Below are positions 42,659-52,501 of a stretch of 64,000 nucleotides of DNA, one piece after another (position 1 is the stretch's first letter; each line of letters opens with the position of its first letter). The notes below the pieces were generated by a model. The model was not told the DNA's origin and ran no database searches. It saw only the letters and a list, made by a program, of their open reading frames with translations. Both the position numbers and the translations under genes were made by a program. This stretch comes from Chloroflexota bacterium (lineage in GTDB: Bacteria; Chloroflexota; UBA11872; VXOZ01). The DNA lies in assembly GCA_958295775.1 (NCBI GenBank), contig CATQHC010000002.1:889830-953829 (forward strand), written 5' to 3'.

Positions 42659-44494
42659 ATGAATCAGCCAATTTTACTCCTCCATGCCGATGATTCCCTC
42701 ACGACGCCCGTAAGCGCAGAAATATTGCGCTGCGAGGGCTTCCCCTGGCTTGAGGCCAAGCCGGCAGCATCCTTCATCGCTCCACCACCGGACGTAGAGC
42801 TGCTGGTGGTAGCGGGCAGCGGCATGAGCCGGGAGACAGCGGAGCGTTTGGCTGCCGCGGTTGCAGGCGGCGCCTCGCTCATTGCCCTGGCGCCGGATCC
42901 CGCTCTGCTACGCGCGCTTGGCGTCACGGCAGAGGAGCAAGTGACAGATGCGTGGCTTACGGTGCGGCAGCTACCCCGCTGGGAGCACGGCAGCCTCCCG
43001 CTGCTCTGTCCTGACGATATAGCGCAACCCTTGGCTGGCGGCGAAACGGTTGCCGAACTGCGGGACGTGGAGGGCGCGCTTTATGGCGCAGGCATCGTAG
43101 CAACACGTCTCGGGGAAGGCACAGCCTGGCTCTATGGCTACGACCTGTGCCAGGCCGTCGTCACCTTTCGGCACGGCGACGGCGACCTGCATGAGCGACC
43201 CTTGCAAGACATGGGGCCGTTGAAGGGCCCACGCCACCTCTACAGCTTTTTCGAGCTGTCCGAGAAGACCACCCGCGATGTCCCCGTGGCGGATGTACAT
43301 CAAGATATTCTGCGTACTCTGGTGGCAGAGGCGCTGGCCGACACCGCTTTGCCTCGTCTCTGGTATTTCCCCGACGCGGCGCCGGCATTGTGGTTCATCA
43401 AGGGCGACGGCTGTGGCGAGAACGGCGCGCCTGTGTTGGTAGACATCGTGGAGTCGTACGGCGCGTTGCTCACTTTCTATCGCGCCCCCTTCAGCCGCTA
43501 CCACGGTGACCTGATGAAAGAGTGGCACGCGCGTGGGCATGCAGTTTCCATAGAAGTGGACCTTACGAGCATCACGCAATACGCCGTGCAGGAAAACGGT
43601 ACGCAGGTGCGGTACGGCCGTACGCCGGAGGACCTAAATGAGAACCATCTGGAGGCGCTGCGTGCGAACCTGCAGGAGTCCTGGGACGTCTTCCGCCGGG
43701 AAACCGGCCTCGACGTTGAGACGATCTGCAGCCATGGCTGCCAGTGGACCGGCTATCCGCTATTGCAGATCATGTTGGACTTTGGCTGGTACACACCCAC
43801 ACACTTCGCCTCTCACGATCCCCGCATGCGCCGCGACAAGAACTATGGCCCGTACATGATCGGCACCGGCCTGTGCATGCCGTACTTCCAACACGGCGTG
43901 GGCATTACGGACATGTGGCATATGCCCGCGCAATGGGACGAAAGCCAGACTATAGGGCGCCACGAGGACTTGCTGGCAGGTCCCATGGCGGAAACTCCCG
44001 ACCGCGCGGACGGCATGGTGGGACTCACTTCGGAAGAGTACGGGGTGGAACTGGCGCGCTTTGCAGAATCCGCCGCTACCCGTTGGCACGTGATGCAGAT
44101 TGCGAATTTCCACCCTGTATATGCTGCCGGGCCGCAGGACCATGTACGCGCATCAAGGCATGCGCTTGAGTTGGGCATGGAGGGCGCGATTGCGGCCGGT
44201 TGCCGCTTTGAAAATCAGGAAGAATACTCACGCTTTTCGCGAGCGAGGGCAGCCGTGCGTTTGACCGAGGCCTACTCCCAAGGCGACGATTACTTCTTCA
44301 CGCTCGAGTCAGGCGCAAACATCAACAGACTCTCGTTGCTGCTACCGGAAAGTGTCGGCGCTGTAAGGGAAGCAAGCACCGGCGCGGTACTGCCCATCCA
44401 GCAGGCTATGCTTGAGGGTAGACGGCAACGTGCGGTCACTGTCGATCTAGCGGCTGCAACACCGCTGACTCTTTGCCTCCGTTCAACCACGTAG
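42659..44494 (+). CDS. Hypothetical protein with a possible carbohydrate-esterase/deacetylase-like central domain
   Basis: Long ORF with normal codon usage; IKGDG, CSHG and ANFHP motifs are reminiscent of NodB-like folds. Confidence 0.55.
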   Translation: MNQPILLLHADDSLTTPVSAEILRCEGFPWLEAKPAASFIAPPPDVELLVVAGSGMSRETAERLAAAVAGGASLIALAPDPALLRALGVTAEEQVTDAWLTVRQLPRWEHGSLPLLCPDDIAQPLAGGETVAELRDVEGALYGAGIVATRLGEGTAWLYGYDLCQAVVTFRHGDGDLHERPLQDMGPLKGPRHLYSFFELSEKTTRDVPVADVHQDILRTLVAEALADTALPRLWYFPDAAPALWFIKGDGCGENGAPVLVDIVESYGALLTFYRAPFSRYHGDLMKEWHARGHAVSIEVDLTSITQYAVQENGTQVRYGRTPEDLNENHLEALRANLQESWDVFRRETGLDVETICSHGCQWTGYPLLQIMLDFGWYTPTHFASHDPRMRRDKNYGPYMIGTGLCMPYFQHGVGITDMWHMPAQWDESQTIGRHEDLLAGPMAETPDRADGMVGLTSEEYGVELARFAESAATRWHVMQIANFHPVYAAGPQDHVRASRHALELGMEGAIAAGCRFENQEEYSRFSRARAAVRLTEAYSQGDDYFFTLESGANINRLSLLLPESVGAVREASTGAVLPIQQAMLEGRRQRAVTVDLAAATPLTLCLRSTT

Positions 44495-44643
44495 AGTGCA
44501 CTTCCCGGGCTTTGAGTTCCGCGAATGCCTGTTGCGATGTGCGTGAAAGTGTTCTAAAGCAGACTCCTTTGAGGTTAAGACTTTACGGTTTAGAGAATGT
44601 AGTCTCACACCAATGTACGCATCCGCGCTCTTGTTGTCAGGGC

Positions 44644-44673
44644 TTGACTGGCAAGCTGCACAATGCCTAAAAT
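44644..44673 (+). promoter_or_regulatory. Putative sigma70 promoter for the peptide gene
   Basis: TTGACT-N18-TAAAAT, about 240 nt upstream of the precursor start. Confidence 0.4.
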
Positions 44674-44915
44674 GAAAAGTGAGATCAATGATGATCGTCC
44701 CAACCGCCACTACAGGAATTGTTGCGAGACGAGCAAAGTTTGCGAAAGTAGCAATAGTTATGGTATATGAAAGTAATCGCTGCGGTTTCGACTGAGTTCT
44801 TGTCTAGGGCAAGTTCCTTGCAAGTTGCAAGACGGGACCGGGACTGGCGATGAAGCGTAGAGGCGAACTGGGATCCAATTGACCCTACGAAGCGCCAGAT
44901 TGGAAGGAAGGCACA

Positions 44916-45107
44916 ATGAGTAGGCAAAAGTCTGTCTCTAAAGAGCAGCCGGCGGCTGAGTCCGAAAGTGTGGAATCGGCGGGCGGTGAGATGACCGAAG
45001 ACGAATTGGAAGAAGCGGTTGGGGGAGTTAGTTCAGGAGAAGAGCAGAGCCCGGAAAGCGCCGAAGAGAGTTCCGGGAGCCGCTGGTGGACCGATCCTGA
45101 CCGGTAG
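44916..45107 (+). CDS. Double-glycine-leader secreted peptide / RiPP-like precursor
   Basis: EMTEDELEEAVGG leader end; SD GGAAGGAAGG; its own terminator; lies directly upstream of a C39 peptidase ABC export system. Confidence 0.85.
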   Translation: MSRQKSVSKEQPAAESESVESAGGEMTEDELEEAVGGVSSGEEQSPESAEESSGSRWWTDPDR

Positions 45108-45130
45108 ATCATTCGTTATTGGGTAACCAA

Positions 45131-45178
45131 ACAGGTACGTTGCGCGCCTGGTATTGCGCAACGTACCTGTAGTCTTTT
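45131..45178 (+). terminator. Intrinsic terminator after the precursor gene
   Basis: acaggtacgttgcgc / gcgcaacgtacctgt forms a 15-bp perfect stem, followed by agtctttt. Confidence 0.8.
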
Positions 45179-45632
45179 AAAACCATATAGCCAATGGAGT
45201 CGGACTCAATCGAGTGAGTCTCTGTCCCCGGCAGCTTGCGAGGCATGCTTCCCAACTCAGGGAACTGTTCGACTGTCTCAATCTGTCCATCTGCGCGACT
45301 AGGCCTTTGCTGGGCTTCCAGTCGAACGGCGTGGCCAGTAGGCCCTCTCCGGAACTGGGTCCTACACTCAATTGCGCGACCCAGAAGCAAATAGCTATCG
45401 GATGTTTTGTGAGACTACCCGCAGTCCTATCCGATCCTCACCGTCCGCGCACGCGGCACTCACTCTGTCAGAGTTACTCTCTGGCTCTCCATCACGATGA
45501 AAACACTGACTGCGCTTAGAATTGCAAGGTGTGCCAACACCCCTCGCAGTCCCAACACATCCGTATTGCCTTTACGGTAGAATAACCCTCGAACTAACTC
45601 ATCCCTTGCTGTGAAAATCTGGAGCGGCGACG

Positions 45633-46520
45633 TTGGCGAGCAATCGGCGTCTTTTTCGTGAAGAAGCCTTCGCCCGCAGAGGAAAGACTGAGCCCCTTAA
45701 CGGCCTGTTACGCGTGACGGCGCCGCATGAGTGGGTGATTCTGGTTTTCCTGGCGATTGCTCTCTTGTGCTTGGCGGCGTGGGGGCTCTTTGGGAGGGTT
45801 GAACAAAGCATAGCCGCACGGTGCGTGTTGGCACATCCCGGCGACCGTTTTACCGTTGTCGCTGAGTCCTCAGGCAATGTGGTTGAACTCCTCGCGGAGG
45901 TGGGTGACACCGTAGTCGCGGGGCAGCCCATCGCTCGCATGCGGACGCCCGATCTCAGCCGGGAAATAGCCATCGCCCGCTCTCGAGTAGACTTACTCGA
46001 GAGCAAGGACGCAAAGATGTCAGATGCTCTGGAAGTCGCCCGCTTGGAGTTGATAGACCTTGAAGCGCGCCAGGCGGCTGGCGAGTTTATCACCACTCCC
46101 TATGCCGGCACTATCACGGGTTACAATCTCACCTTTGGGCAGGTGGTCACAGTCGGCACTTCAGTTGCCTATGTCCGTTTGGGGTCTGGAAGTGAACTGG
46201 AGGCGGTTGCGCTGATTTCTCAGCAAGATGCGGCCCGACTTGAGAAGGGCATGGATGCGCAAGTCATGACCCCGAACCGAGATCGTGAGAGCATGAAAGC
46301 ACTGAGCGCTGAATTGCGATTCATCTCCGCCAAACCAGTCACACCGCCAGAATGGCTCAAAGCGATGGGCCTCCCTGCAATAGCGCCCAGCCACCTCGTT
46401 CAGTTGGCCTTGCGGGAGCCCGCGGCTTCAACGCTCGCTGATGGAGACTCGTGCGATTTGCGCATAGTGTTGCGTAGGGTCTCACCGGTGCGACTTCTGT
46501 TTGCTGCCGGTTCTCGCTGA
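45633..46520 (+). CDS. NHLP bacteriocin system secretion protein (HlyD-like adaptor)
   Basis: N-terminal LFREEA..R...L.GLLRVT, one TM segment, split biotinyl-lipoyl motif, C-terminal SPVRLLF. Confidence 0.88.
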   Translation: MASNRRLFREEAFARRGKTEPLNGLLRVTAPHEWVILVFLAIALLCLAAWGLFGRVEQSIAARCVLAHPGDRFTVVAESSGNVVELLAEVGDTVVAGQPIARMRTPDLSREIAIARSRVDLLESKDAKMSDALEVARLELIDLEARQAAGEFITTPYAGTITGYNLTFGQVVTVGTSVAYVRLGSGSELEAVALISQQDAARLEKGMDAQVMTPNRDRESMKALSAELRFISAKPVTPPEWLKAMGLPAIAPSHLVQLALREPAASTLADGDSCDLRIVLRRVSPVRLLFAAGSR

Positions 46521-46534
46521 GGCGGCTGAATACT

Positions 46535-48730
46535 ATGCTTGCACGTCAAGCTGCGCCAACGAACCAGAAACGTGTACACACGCCACTCTTCCCTCAGCTT
46601 GAAACGTCCGAGTGCGGTGCTGCCTGCCTTGGAATAGTGCTCGCTCACTTTGGACGCTGGGAGCCTATCGAAGAACTGCGAAACGCCTGCGGCGTCAGCC
46701 GCGACGGCACCAGCGCCGCAGACATTGTCAGAGCAGCGAAACGGTACGATCTGCAACTGTCCGGCTGGCGTAGGCAAGTAGACCAACTGGGTGATGTGCC
46801 GCTGCCGGCAATCCTGTTCTGGGAATTCAATCACTTTGTAGTCCTCGAAGGGATTGCGCGGGGGCGCTACTTCGTCAACGACCCGGCGAATGGCCGCCGC
46901 ACCGTCAGCGCGGAGACTTTCGATCGCGCTTACACCGGAGTGGTGCTTACCGCAAAGCCAGGAGAGAAGTTCCGCCCCGGCGGCTCGCCGCCCGGCGTTC
47001 TCCGCGAACTCTGGCCTTGGTTGCGCGAGGTCAAGTCGCCGCTCACATTTGTAGCGGCGTGCGGACTCCTGCTCGCCCTGCCCGGGCTTGCCATACCCGT
47101 TCTCTTGAGCCTATTTGTGGACTATGTGCTAATCGGATCAGAACGGTCATGGGGCGCGGCGGTTGTTGGCGCCGCAGTCGTAGCAGGCGCGCTGATTTAC
47201 CTGCTGACGTGGCTGCAGCAGTGTGCGTTGCGCAAGCTGGGCATCCGGTTGTCGGTAGTACACGCGGAACGCATGCTCTCACGGCTATTTCGGTTGCCTG
47301 TGGAATTCTTTTCCCACCGTTACGCAGGCGACCTTACGTCCCGGATTCAACTGATCAGCGATGTTGCCAGCGGTTCTTCACGCCAGTTCGTCAACATCAT
47401 GATCGAGCTCGTTATGAGTGGGCTGTTCTTGCTGTTAATGATTGTCTACGACACGCTCCTTGCCAGTCTCATTGGGGCTGTGGGCATTGCAAACCTGGTG
47501 CTCATGCGCATCCTGACACGATTGCGCAACGATGAGAACCGCCAATTGCGCCGCGAGCAAGCCCTATTGTTCAGTACCGGGTCGTCGGCACTTCGTGACA
47601 TAGATACATTACGCGCGACAGCGGCCGAAGATGACTTCTTTGCCCGTTGGACGGGCTATCAAGCGCGGGAGCTTGTAGCCAGACAGAAGTTTGCCGAACT
47701 TGGTTACATCGTTTCCTCGCTCCCAAGGTTCTTTCTATTGTTTGGCGGCCTCACAGTGTTGGGGTTTGGCGGTTGGCGAGTCATCTCGGGCGAAATGACG
47801 ATCGGCACGCTAATGGGTTTCTATGTCGTCGCAGGACTATTCCTGCAACCGATAGGACGCTTCGTACAGTTTGCAGATGCCTTCCAATTCCTAGAAGCGG
47901 ACCTGCAGCGCATTAACGATGTGCTCAACGCCCCGGAAGATCCCGCGCTGGTCCTAGCGAACAATTCTGCGCCGAACAGAGTTGCCACCCTGGACGGACG
48001 GCTGCGCTTGGCGGGACGTATTGAACTGCGCAACGTCACGTTTGGCTACCGGCCCAATCACCCGCCTCTCCTTGACAACATAAGCATTGTCATCGAGCCC
48101 GGCCAGCGCGTCGCACTTGTCGGCCCTACCGGATCGGGCAAGTCAACGCTCCTGAAACTGGTTAGCGGCGAATATACGCCATGGTCGGGCGAGATTCTCT
48201 TCGATGGTGTAGCGCGCAATGAGATCCCGCGTGAGATTCTCACCCGTTCGCTGTCTATCGTAGACCAGCAGATCTTCCTGTTTGCCGCCTCCGTGCGTGA
48301 CAACTTGACCATGTGGAACCCCACTGCGCCGGATGAACAGTTGGTGGCCGCCGCCGAAGATGCCCTTATTCACAATGAGATCATGAGCCGCGTGTCGGGC
48401 TACAACTCGAGAGTTGAAGAAGGAGGCGCAAACTTTAGTGGGGGCCAGCGCCAGCGCTTGGAAATCGCCCGCGCTCTTGTCGATAATCCCTCGGTGCTCT
48501 TCCTCGATGAAGCCACCAGCACGCTCGACGCCGTGAGCGAAATGCGGATAGACGATAGTTTACGGCGCCGGGGCTGTACTTGCATGATCGTTGCCCATCG
48601 CCTCAGCACAATCCGTGATTGCGATCAGATCATTGTGCTGGCGGGCGGGCGCCAGGTCCAAGGCGGCACGCATGAGGAACTCTTCGCCGATGAGCAAGGC
48701 TTGTACTATCAGTTAATCAAGTCGCAATGA
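46535..48730 (+). CDS. NHLP-family ABC transporter, C39 peptidase/permease/ATPase
   Basis: QLETSECGAACL (catalytic Cys), CGVSRDG, WEFNHFVVLEG, NDP; GPTGSGKST, FSGGQRQR, LDEAT. Confidence 0.95.
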   Translation: MLARQAAPTNQKRVHTPLFPQLETSECGAACLGIVLAHFGRWEPIEELRNACGVSRDGTSAADIVRAAKRYDLQLSGWRRQVDQLGDVPLPAILFWEFNHFVVLEGIARGRYFVNDPANGRRTVSAETFDRAYTGVVLTAKPGEKFRPGGSPPGVLRELWPWLREVKSPLTFVAACGLLLALPGLAIPVLLSLFVDYVLIGSERSWGAAVVGAAVVAGALIYLLTWLQQCALRKLGIRLSVVHAERMLSRLFRLPVEFFSHRYAGDLTSRIQLISDVASGSSRQFVNIMIELVMSGLFLLLMIVYDTLLASLIGAVGIANLVLMRILTRLRNDENRQLRREQALLFSTGSSALRDIDTLRATAAEDDFFARWTGYQARELVARQKFAELGYIVSSLPRFFLLFGGLTVLGFGGWRVISGEMTIGTLMGFYVVAGLFLQPIGRFVQFADAFQFLEADLQRINDVLNAPEDPALVLANNSAPNRVATLDGRLRLAGRIELRNVTFGYRPNHPPLLDNISIVIEPGQRVALVGPTGSGKSTLLKLVSGEYTPWSGEILFDGVARNEIPREILTRSLSIVDQQIFLFAASVRDNLTMWNPTAPDEQLVAAAEDALIHNEIMSRVSGYNSRVEEGGANFSGGQRQRLEIARALVDNPSVLFLDEATSTLDAVSEMRIDDSLRRRGCTCMIVAHRLSTIRDCDQIIVLAGGRQVQGGTHEELFADEQGLYYQLIKSQ

Positions 48731-48761
48731 CAAGCTGTGCCCTGCACGAGAAAACGACGTT

Positions 48762-51677
48762 ATGACACAAGAACAAGGTAGATTCCTGAGGGAATTCGCA
48801 ACCGCAAACGGTGAATCGGTTGCGAGCGCCGGCAACCGGCCACTTTGCTTAGATGATTCTACGATTGCCTGGTTCGTCGAGCATGGCGCGCTGGACGTCT
48901 TTCTCGTCGAGTACCAGGACGACAAGCCGTCTTCCCAGGCAAAGCACCTGCTGCGCGCTGAAGCGGGGCGCCTGGTCTTTGGGGCCGGTAGGAGTGGAGC
49001 CTTGGTCACGTTGGCCAAAGGCACCCCCGGCAGTCAACTACGCCGCCTCCACCTTGATTGCCTTCTGCAAGATAACATTGGCAACGAACTAGCCGACCAA
49101 GTCGCTGCGTGGATTACGGCATTCGCCGGGACCGTGGCATCGCAGATAGAGCTTCGCCCCCGAATCAGCCTCTTGCTTGACCCGGACGATCTCTCGGAAC
49201 CCCAAGATGCCGCCACAGGAAACGTCCTTTCGACCCGTCCGGGCGGCGTGGTCTGGGTCGATGTTGGCGACTCCGACGCAGTCTACTTGGGCACCGAAGA
49301 ACGAGACAAAGTGGGCACCGGCCTGGTGCCACTCACTTCCGATTCCTGGCTAACGCTCCAGTCTCCGGCCCAGGTCACCGGCACCTCAACTCAGAAGTTG
49401 CTCGATGAAGGAATGCTGCTAACAGCCTTGAGGGAGTTCCACCAACTCGCGCTCGGCGCAGAAAACATCAACAGGCTGCTGCTATTGGCAGATGAAGCAA
49501 ATGAGCAAACCGCCCGCACAGTCCACCGTCACCTCGATGAGGAACGCGCGAGACAAAGCCTTTTTCGTGTTCTGGCTTCACGGTATCCGACAGTTGCCGA
49601 TAGCGGCTCCTCAGTTCTCGCAGCGTTGGAAGTGATCGGCAAAAGAGAGGGGATCGACTTTCGCCTTCCTTCGCGGCGACGCCCATTCGTCGGTGCGGAG
49701 TTCTCACTTCAGGACATTCTGAACGCGTCGGGAGTGCGTAGTCGTAAAGTACGGCTCAGTGTCGAGGACCGTTGGTGGGTTGGCAACAGCGGCCCCTTGC
49801 TAGGCTATAGACAAGATGACGGTCAACCGGTAGCGCTGCTACCAAGTGTGACAGGCCGCTACCGTCTAGTGGACCCGGCATCCGGACATACCTCCCGTCT
49901 CAATGCGGAACAGGCAGCCACACTCCATGAAGATGCGTGGTCGTTCTACCGGCCTCTGCCATCCGACCGGACGCTTGTTCTCAAAGACATCTTCCCTTTT
50001 GCCACGAAGGGCATGGCCGAGGACTTTGGGCAATTTGCGGGAGCCGGCTTGCTAGCCAGCCTCCTTACCCTTGTGCCCGCAGTAGCAATAGGACTGCTTG
50101 CAGACTTGGTACTCCCGGCTGGAGTAGGAGGAATGGTCGTCCAAATCACCATAGCCTTGGCCGTATTTGCCGTCGTGGGAACCCTGCTGCAGATCCTACG
50201 AGGCACAGCAATGATGCGGCTTGGGGGACGGGCTTCCACCCGCGTAGGAGCCGCACTTTGGGACCGTCTGCTAGGTTTGCCGTCCAGCTTTTTCAGAAAC
50301 TTCACCGCCGGCGACTTAGTCGTCCGCATGTCGGCCTTCCAACACCTTCGTGACCGAGTGTCTGGAGCGGTTGCCAACGCTCTCATTGCACTGGTCTTCT
50401 TTCTGCCCATGCTCGGCCTGCTCTTCATCTATGACACTGCGCTGGCGTGGCTCAGCATCGGACTAGGACTATTCTCATTGGCCGTCACCTGCGCATTCGG
50501 CCTCCTACAAATAGGCCCTCAGCGCCGCCTGTTCGCATCTTCTCGGAGTCTGGCAGGCGAGCTCCTGCAATTCATCAATGGCATGAGCAAACTGCGGTCA
50601 GCCGGCGCGGAAGCGTCGGCATTCGCTGCGTGGGCGCGCGGCTATCGCGAGCAGCAGCAAGCACGTTTGCAGATTGGCAAGTTGAACGATCACCTAGTCG
50701 CCTTTAACGCCGCCATGCCAGCCTTCATGGGCGCAGCCCTATTTGGCATAGCGCTCCGGCTTGGCCCGGACCAACTCTCACTAGGCAGCTTCCTTGCCGT
50801 CTATGCGGTCTCAATCACGTTCTATGGGGCAATCATTGTGATGGGACAGTCCTTTGAGACCATCGCTTCGATAATTCCTAGCTATGAGCAAGTGAGGCCG
50901 ATCTTGGAGGCTGTACCGGAAGGCAGGCAGTCCGGCGCCGCACCAGCCGTTCTCAGCGGCGACGTGCGCTTTGATCACGTGAGTTTCCAGTACAGCAAAG
51001 AAGGGCCCCAAACTATCAATGATGTCTACATTCACGCCCGCCCTGGCGAGTTCATTGCCATAGTGGGCGAATCGGGCGCCGGCAAGAGCACGCTCATGCG
51101 CCTGGCGCTTGGCCTTGAAAAACCCTCCGTTGGCGGCATCTACTATGGTGGAAGTGAACTCGCCCACCTTGACCGGCGCTCCGTACGTCGCCAGATTGGC
51201 GTCGTGACTCAAGGCGGCGCCCTCAAGCCCGGCAACCTCTTGGACAACATCATCGGCATGGGAGATGAGCTATCGATTGAGGATGCGTGGCGCGCGGCCA
51301 AACTGGCTGCCGTAGATAAGGAAATCGAAGCCATGCCCATGCAGATGTTTACACCCGTCGGCGACTCAGCCTCAAACTTCTCCGGCGGCCAGATTCAACG
51401 CATCAAAATCGCCGCTGCCCTCGTGCGGGACCCTCGCATTGTGTTCCTCGACGAGGCAACCAGTTGGCTCGACGCCAAGAGTCAGGCCCAAGTCATGGAG
51501 GGTATCGAACGGCTTGCCGCCACGCGGATCGTAATCGCCCACCGGCTCTCAACTATCCGCAAGGCAGAACGCATTTACGTGCTGCATCAGGGTCGCATTG
51601 TCCAAGCGGGCAGCTTTAGCGAGCTCTACGATGCCGAAGGCATGTTTCGCACGCTGGTGCAGCGTCAAATGACGTAG
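48762..51677 (+). CDS. NHLP-family second ABC transporter subunit (permease/ATPase with long N-terminal extension)
   Basis: ASGVRSRKVRL..RWW..NSGPLLG, FYRPLP, GESGAGKST, FSGGQ.QR, LDEATS; no C39 catalytic motif. Confidence 0.93.
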   Translation: MTQEQGRFLREFATANGESVASAGNRPLCLDDSTIAWFVEHGALDVFLVEYQDDKPSSQAKHLLRAEAGRLVFGAGRSGALVTLAKGTPGSQLRRLHLDCLLQDNIGNELADQVAAWITAFAGTVASQIELRPRISLLLDPDDLSEPQDAATGNVLSTRPGGVVWVDVGDSDAVYLGTEERDKVGTGLVPLTSDSWLTLQSPAQVTGTSTQKLLDEGMLLTALREFHQLALGAENINRLLLLADEANEQTARTVHRHLDEERARQSLFRVLASRYPTVADSGSSVLAALEVIGKREGIDFRLPSRRRPFVGAEFSLQDILNASGVRSRKVRLSVEDRWWVGNSGPLLGYRQDDGQPVALLPSVTGRYRLVDPASGHTSRLNAEQAATLHEDAWSFYRPLPSDRTLVLKDIFPFATKGMAEDFGQFAGAGLLASLLTLVPAVAIGLLADLVLPAGVGGMVVQITIALAVFAVVGTLLQILRGTAMMRLGGRASTRVGAALWDRLLGLPSSFFRNFTAGDLVVRMSAFQHLRDRVSGAVANALIALVFFLPMLGLLFIYDTALAWLSIGLGLFSLAVTCAFGLLQIGPQRRLFASSRSLAGELLQFINGMSKLRSAGAEASAFAAWARGYREQQQARLQIGKLNDHLVAFNAAMPAFMGAALFGIALRLGPDQLSLGSFLAVYAVSITFYGAIIVMGQSFETIASIIPSYEQVRPILEAVPEGRQSGAAPAVLSGDVRFDHVSFQYSKEGPQTINDVYIHARPGEFIAIVGESGAGKSTLMRLALGLEKPSVGGIYYGGSELAHLDRRSVRRQIGVVTQGGALKPGNLLDNIIGMGDELSIEDAWRAAKLAAVDKEIEAMPMQMFTPVGDSASNFSGGQIQRIKIAAALVRDPRIVFLDEATSWLDAKSQAQVMEGIERLAATRIVIAHRLSTIRKAERIYVLHQGRIVQAGSFSELYDAEGMFRTLVQRQMT

Positions 51678-51722
51678 GCAAGCGGACTACCGCGCGCCAT
51701 TGCAGCGCCCTTGGCAGCCAGC

Positions 51723-52454
51723 CTATTGCAAAGGTTTGCGCAACGCGTAGACGATGAAGTTGGGCACACGGAATTCGTCGGCAAGCCCTGGATTTGCGGC
51801 AAGCTGTGCGTCCGAGGGGGTCGGTTCCTGAATGCCGTCTATGACAAACCCTCCATCTACGAATGCCGAAACGTAACTTGAGAGAGTCCGGTGCATGTTG
51901 ATAAACGACACGCCCCACCATTCGAATTCGCGAGGACCTTCGTTCGAATAGTCATCGATGGCGTAGAAGAGCTTGCGGTCGCCCTGTTTGATCCAGCCGT
52001 TGGGCAGTGCCATGCGCATTGGGTGTACGTTGCACACCGCAAAGCGCCCCCCGGGCCTCAGCACGCGGAATGCCTCCTGAATCGACCGCCGATAGTCGAG
52101 CACGTCCACTAGCACGATGTACGAGACGGCGAGATCAAAGCTTGCGTCGCACATGCCCGCCAGGTCTTCAGCATTGCCGACGAGATAGGTTTCACCGCCG
52201 CTCGCAAGCCCGCGTGCCTGCTCGATCAAGGGCTCAGTGAGATCAACACCGGTGACTTGCGCGCCAAGACCGGCGAGCACGCGACCAAAACGTCCTTCAC
52301 CACACCCTATGTCCAGCACGCGACGTCCGGCGACGTCTCCCAGCGCTGCCAGCATCCACGTGTCGAGCATGCCGGTGCGAAGCGACTGGTCTTGTTGAAT
52401 CCAGTCCTGGACGTGTTCAGTCCACTGCGTGCGCAGTTGTTGTTCAAGATTCAT
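51723..52454 (-). CDS. Class I SAM-dependent methyltransferase
   Basis: VLDIGCGEG, RVLRPGG, HRTLSSY, IQEP.P. The true start is MNLEQ, because the longer ORF runs through the tRNA. Confidence 0.9.
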   Translation of the reverse strand: MNLEQQLRTQWTEHVQDWIQQDQSLRTGMLDTWMLAALGDVAGRRVLDIGCGEGRFGRVLAGLGAQVTGVDLTEPLIEQARGLASGGETYLVGNAEDLAGMCDASFDLAVSYIVLVDVLDYRRSIQEAFRVLRPGGRFAVCNVHPMRMALPNGWIKQGDRKLFYAIDDYSNEGPREFEWWGVSFINMHRTLSSYVSAFVDGGFVIDGIQEPTPSDAQLAANPGLADEFRVPNFIVYALRKPLQ

Positions 52455-52501
52455 CTGCCAAGAGCACCAAGTTGGATGGGGATTGTCTGCAAATGAAGGT
52501 C

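Noticed and set aside
45180..45632. Additional peptide precursors between the terminator and the adaptor gene
   Set aside because: None of the listed ORFs carries a double-glycine leader or a convincing SD.
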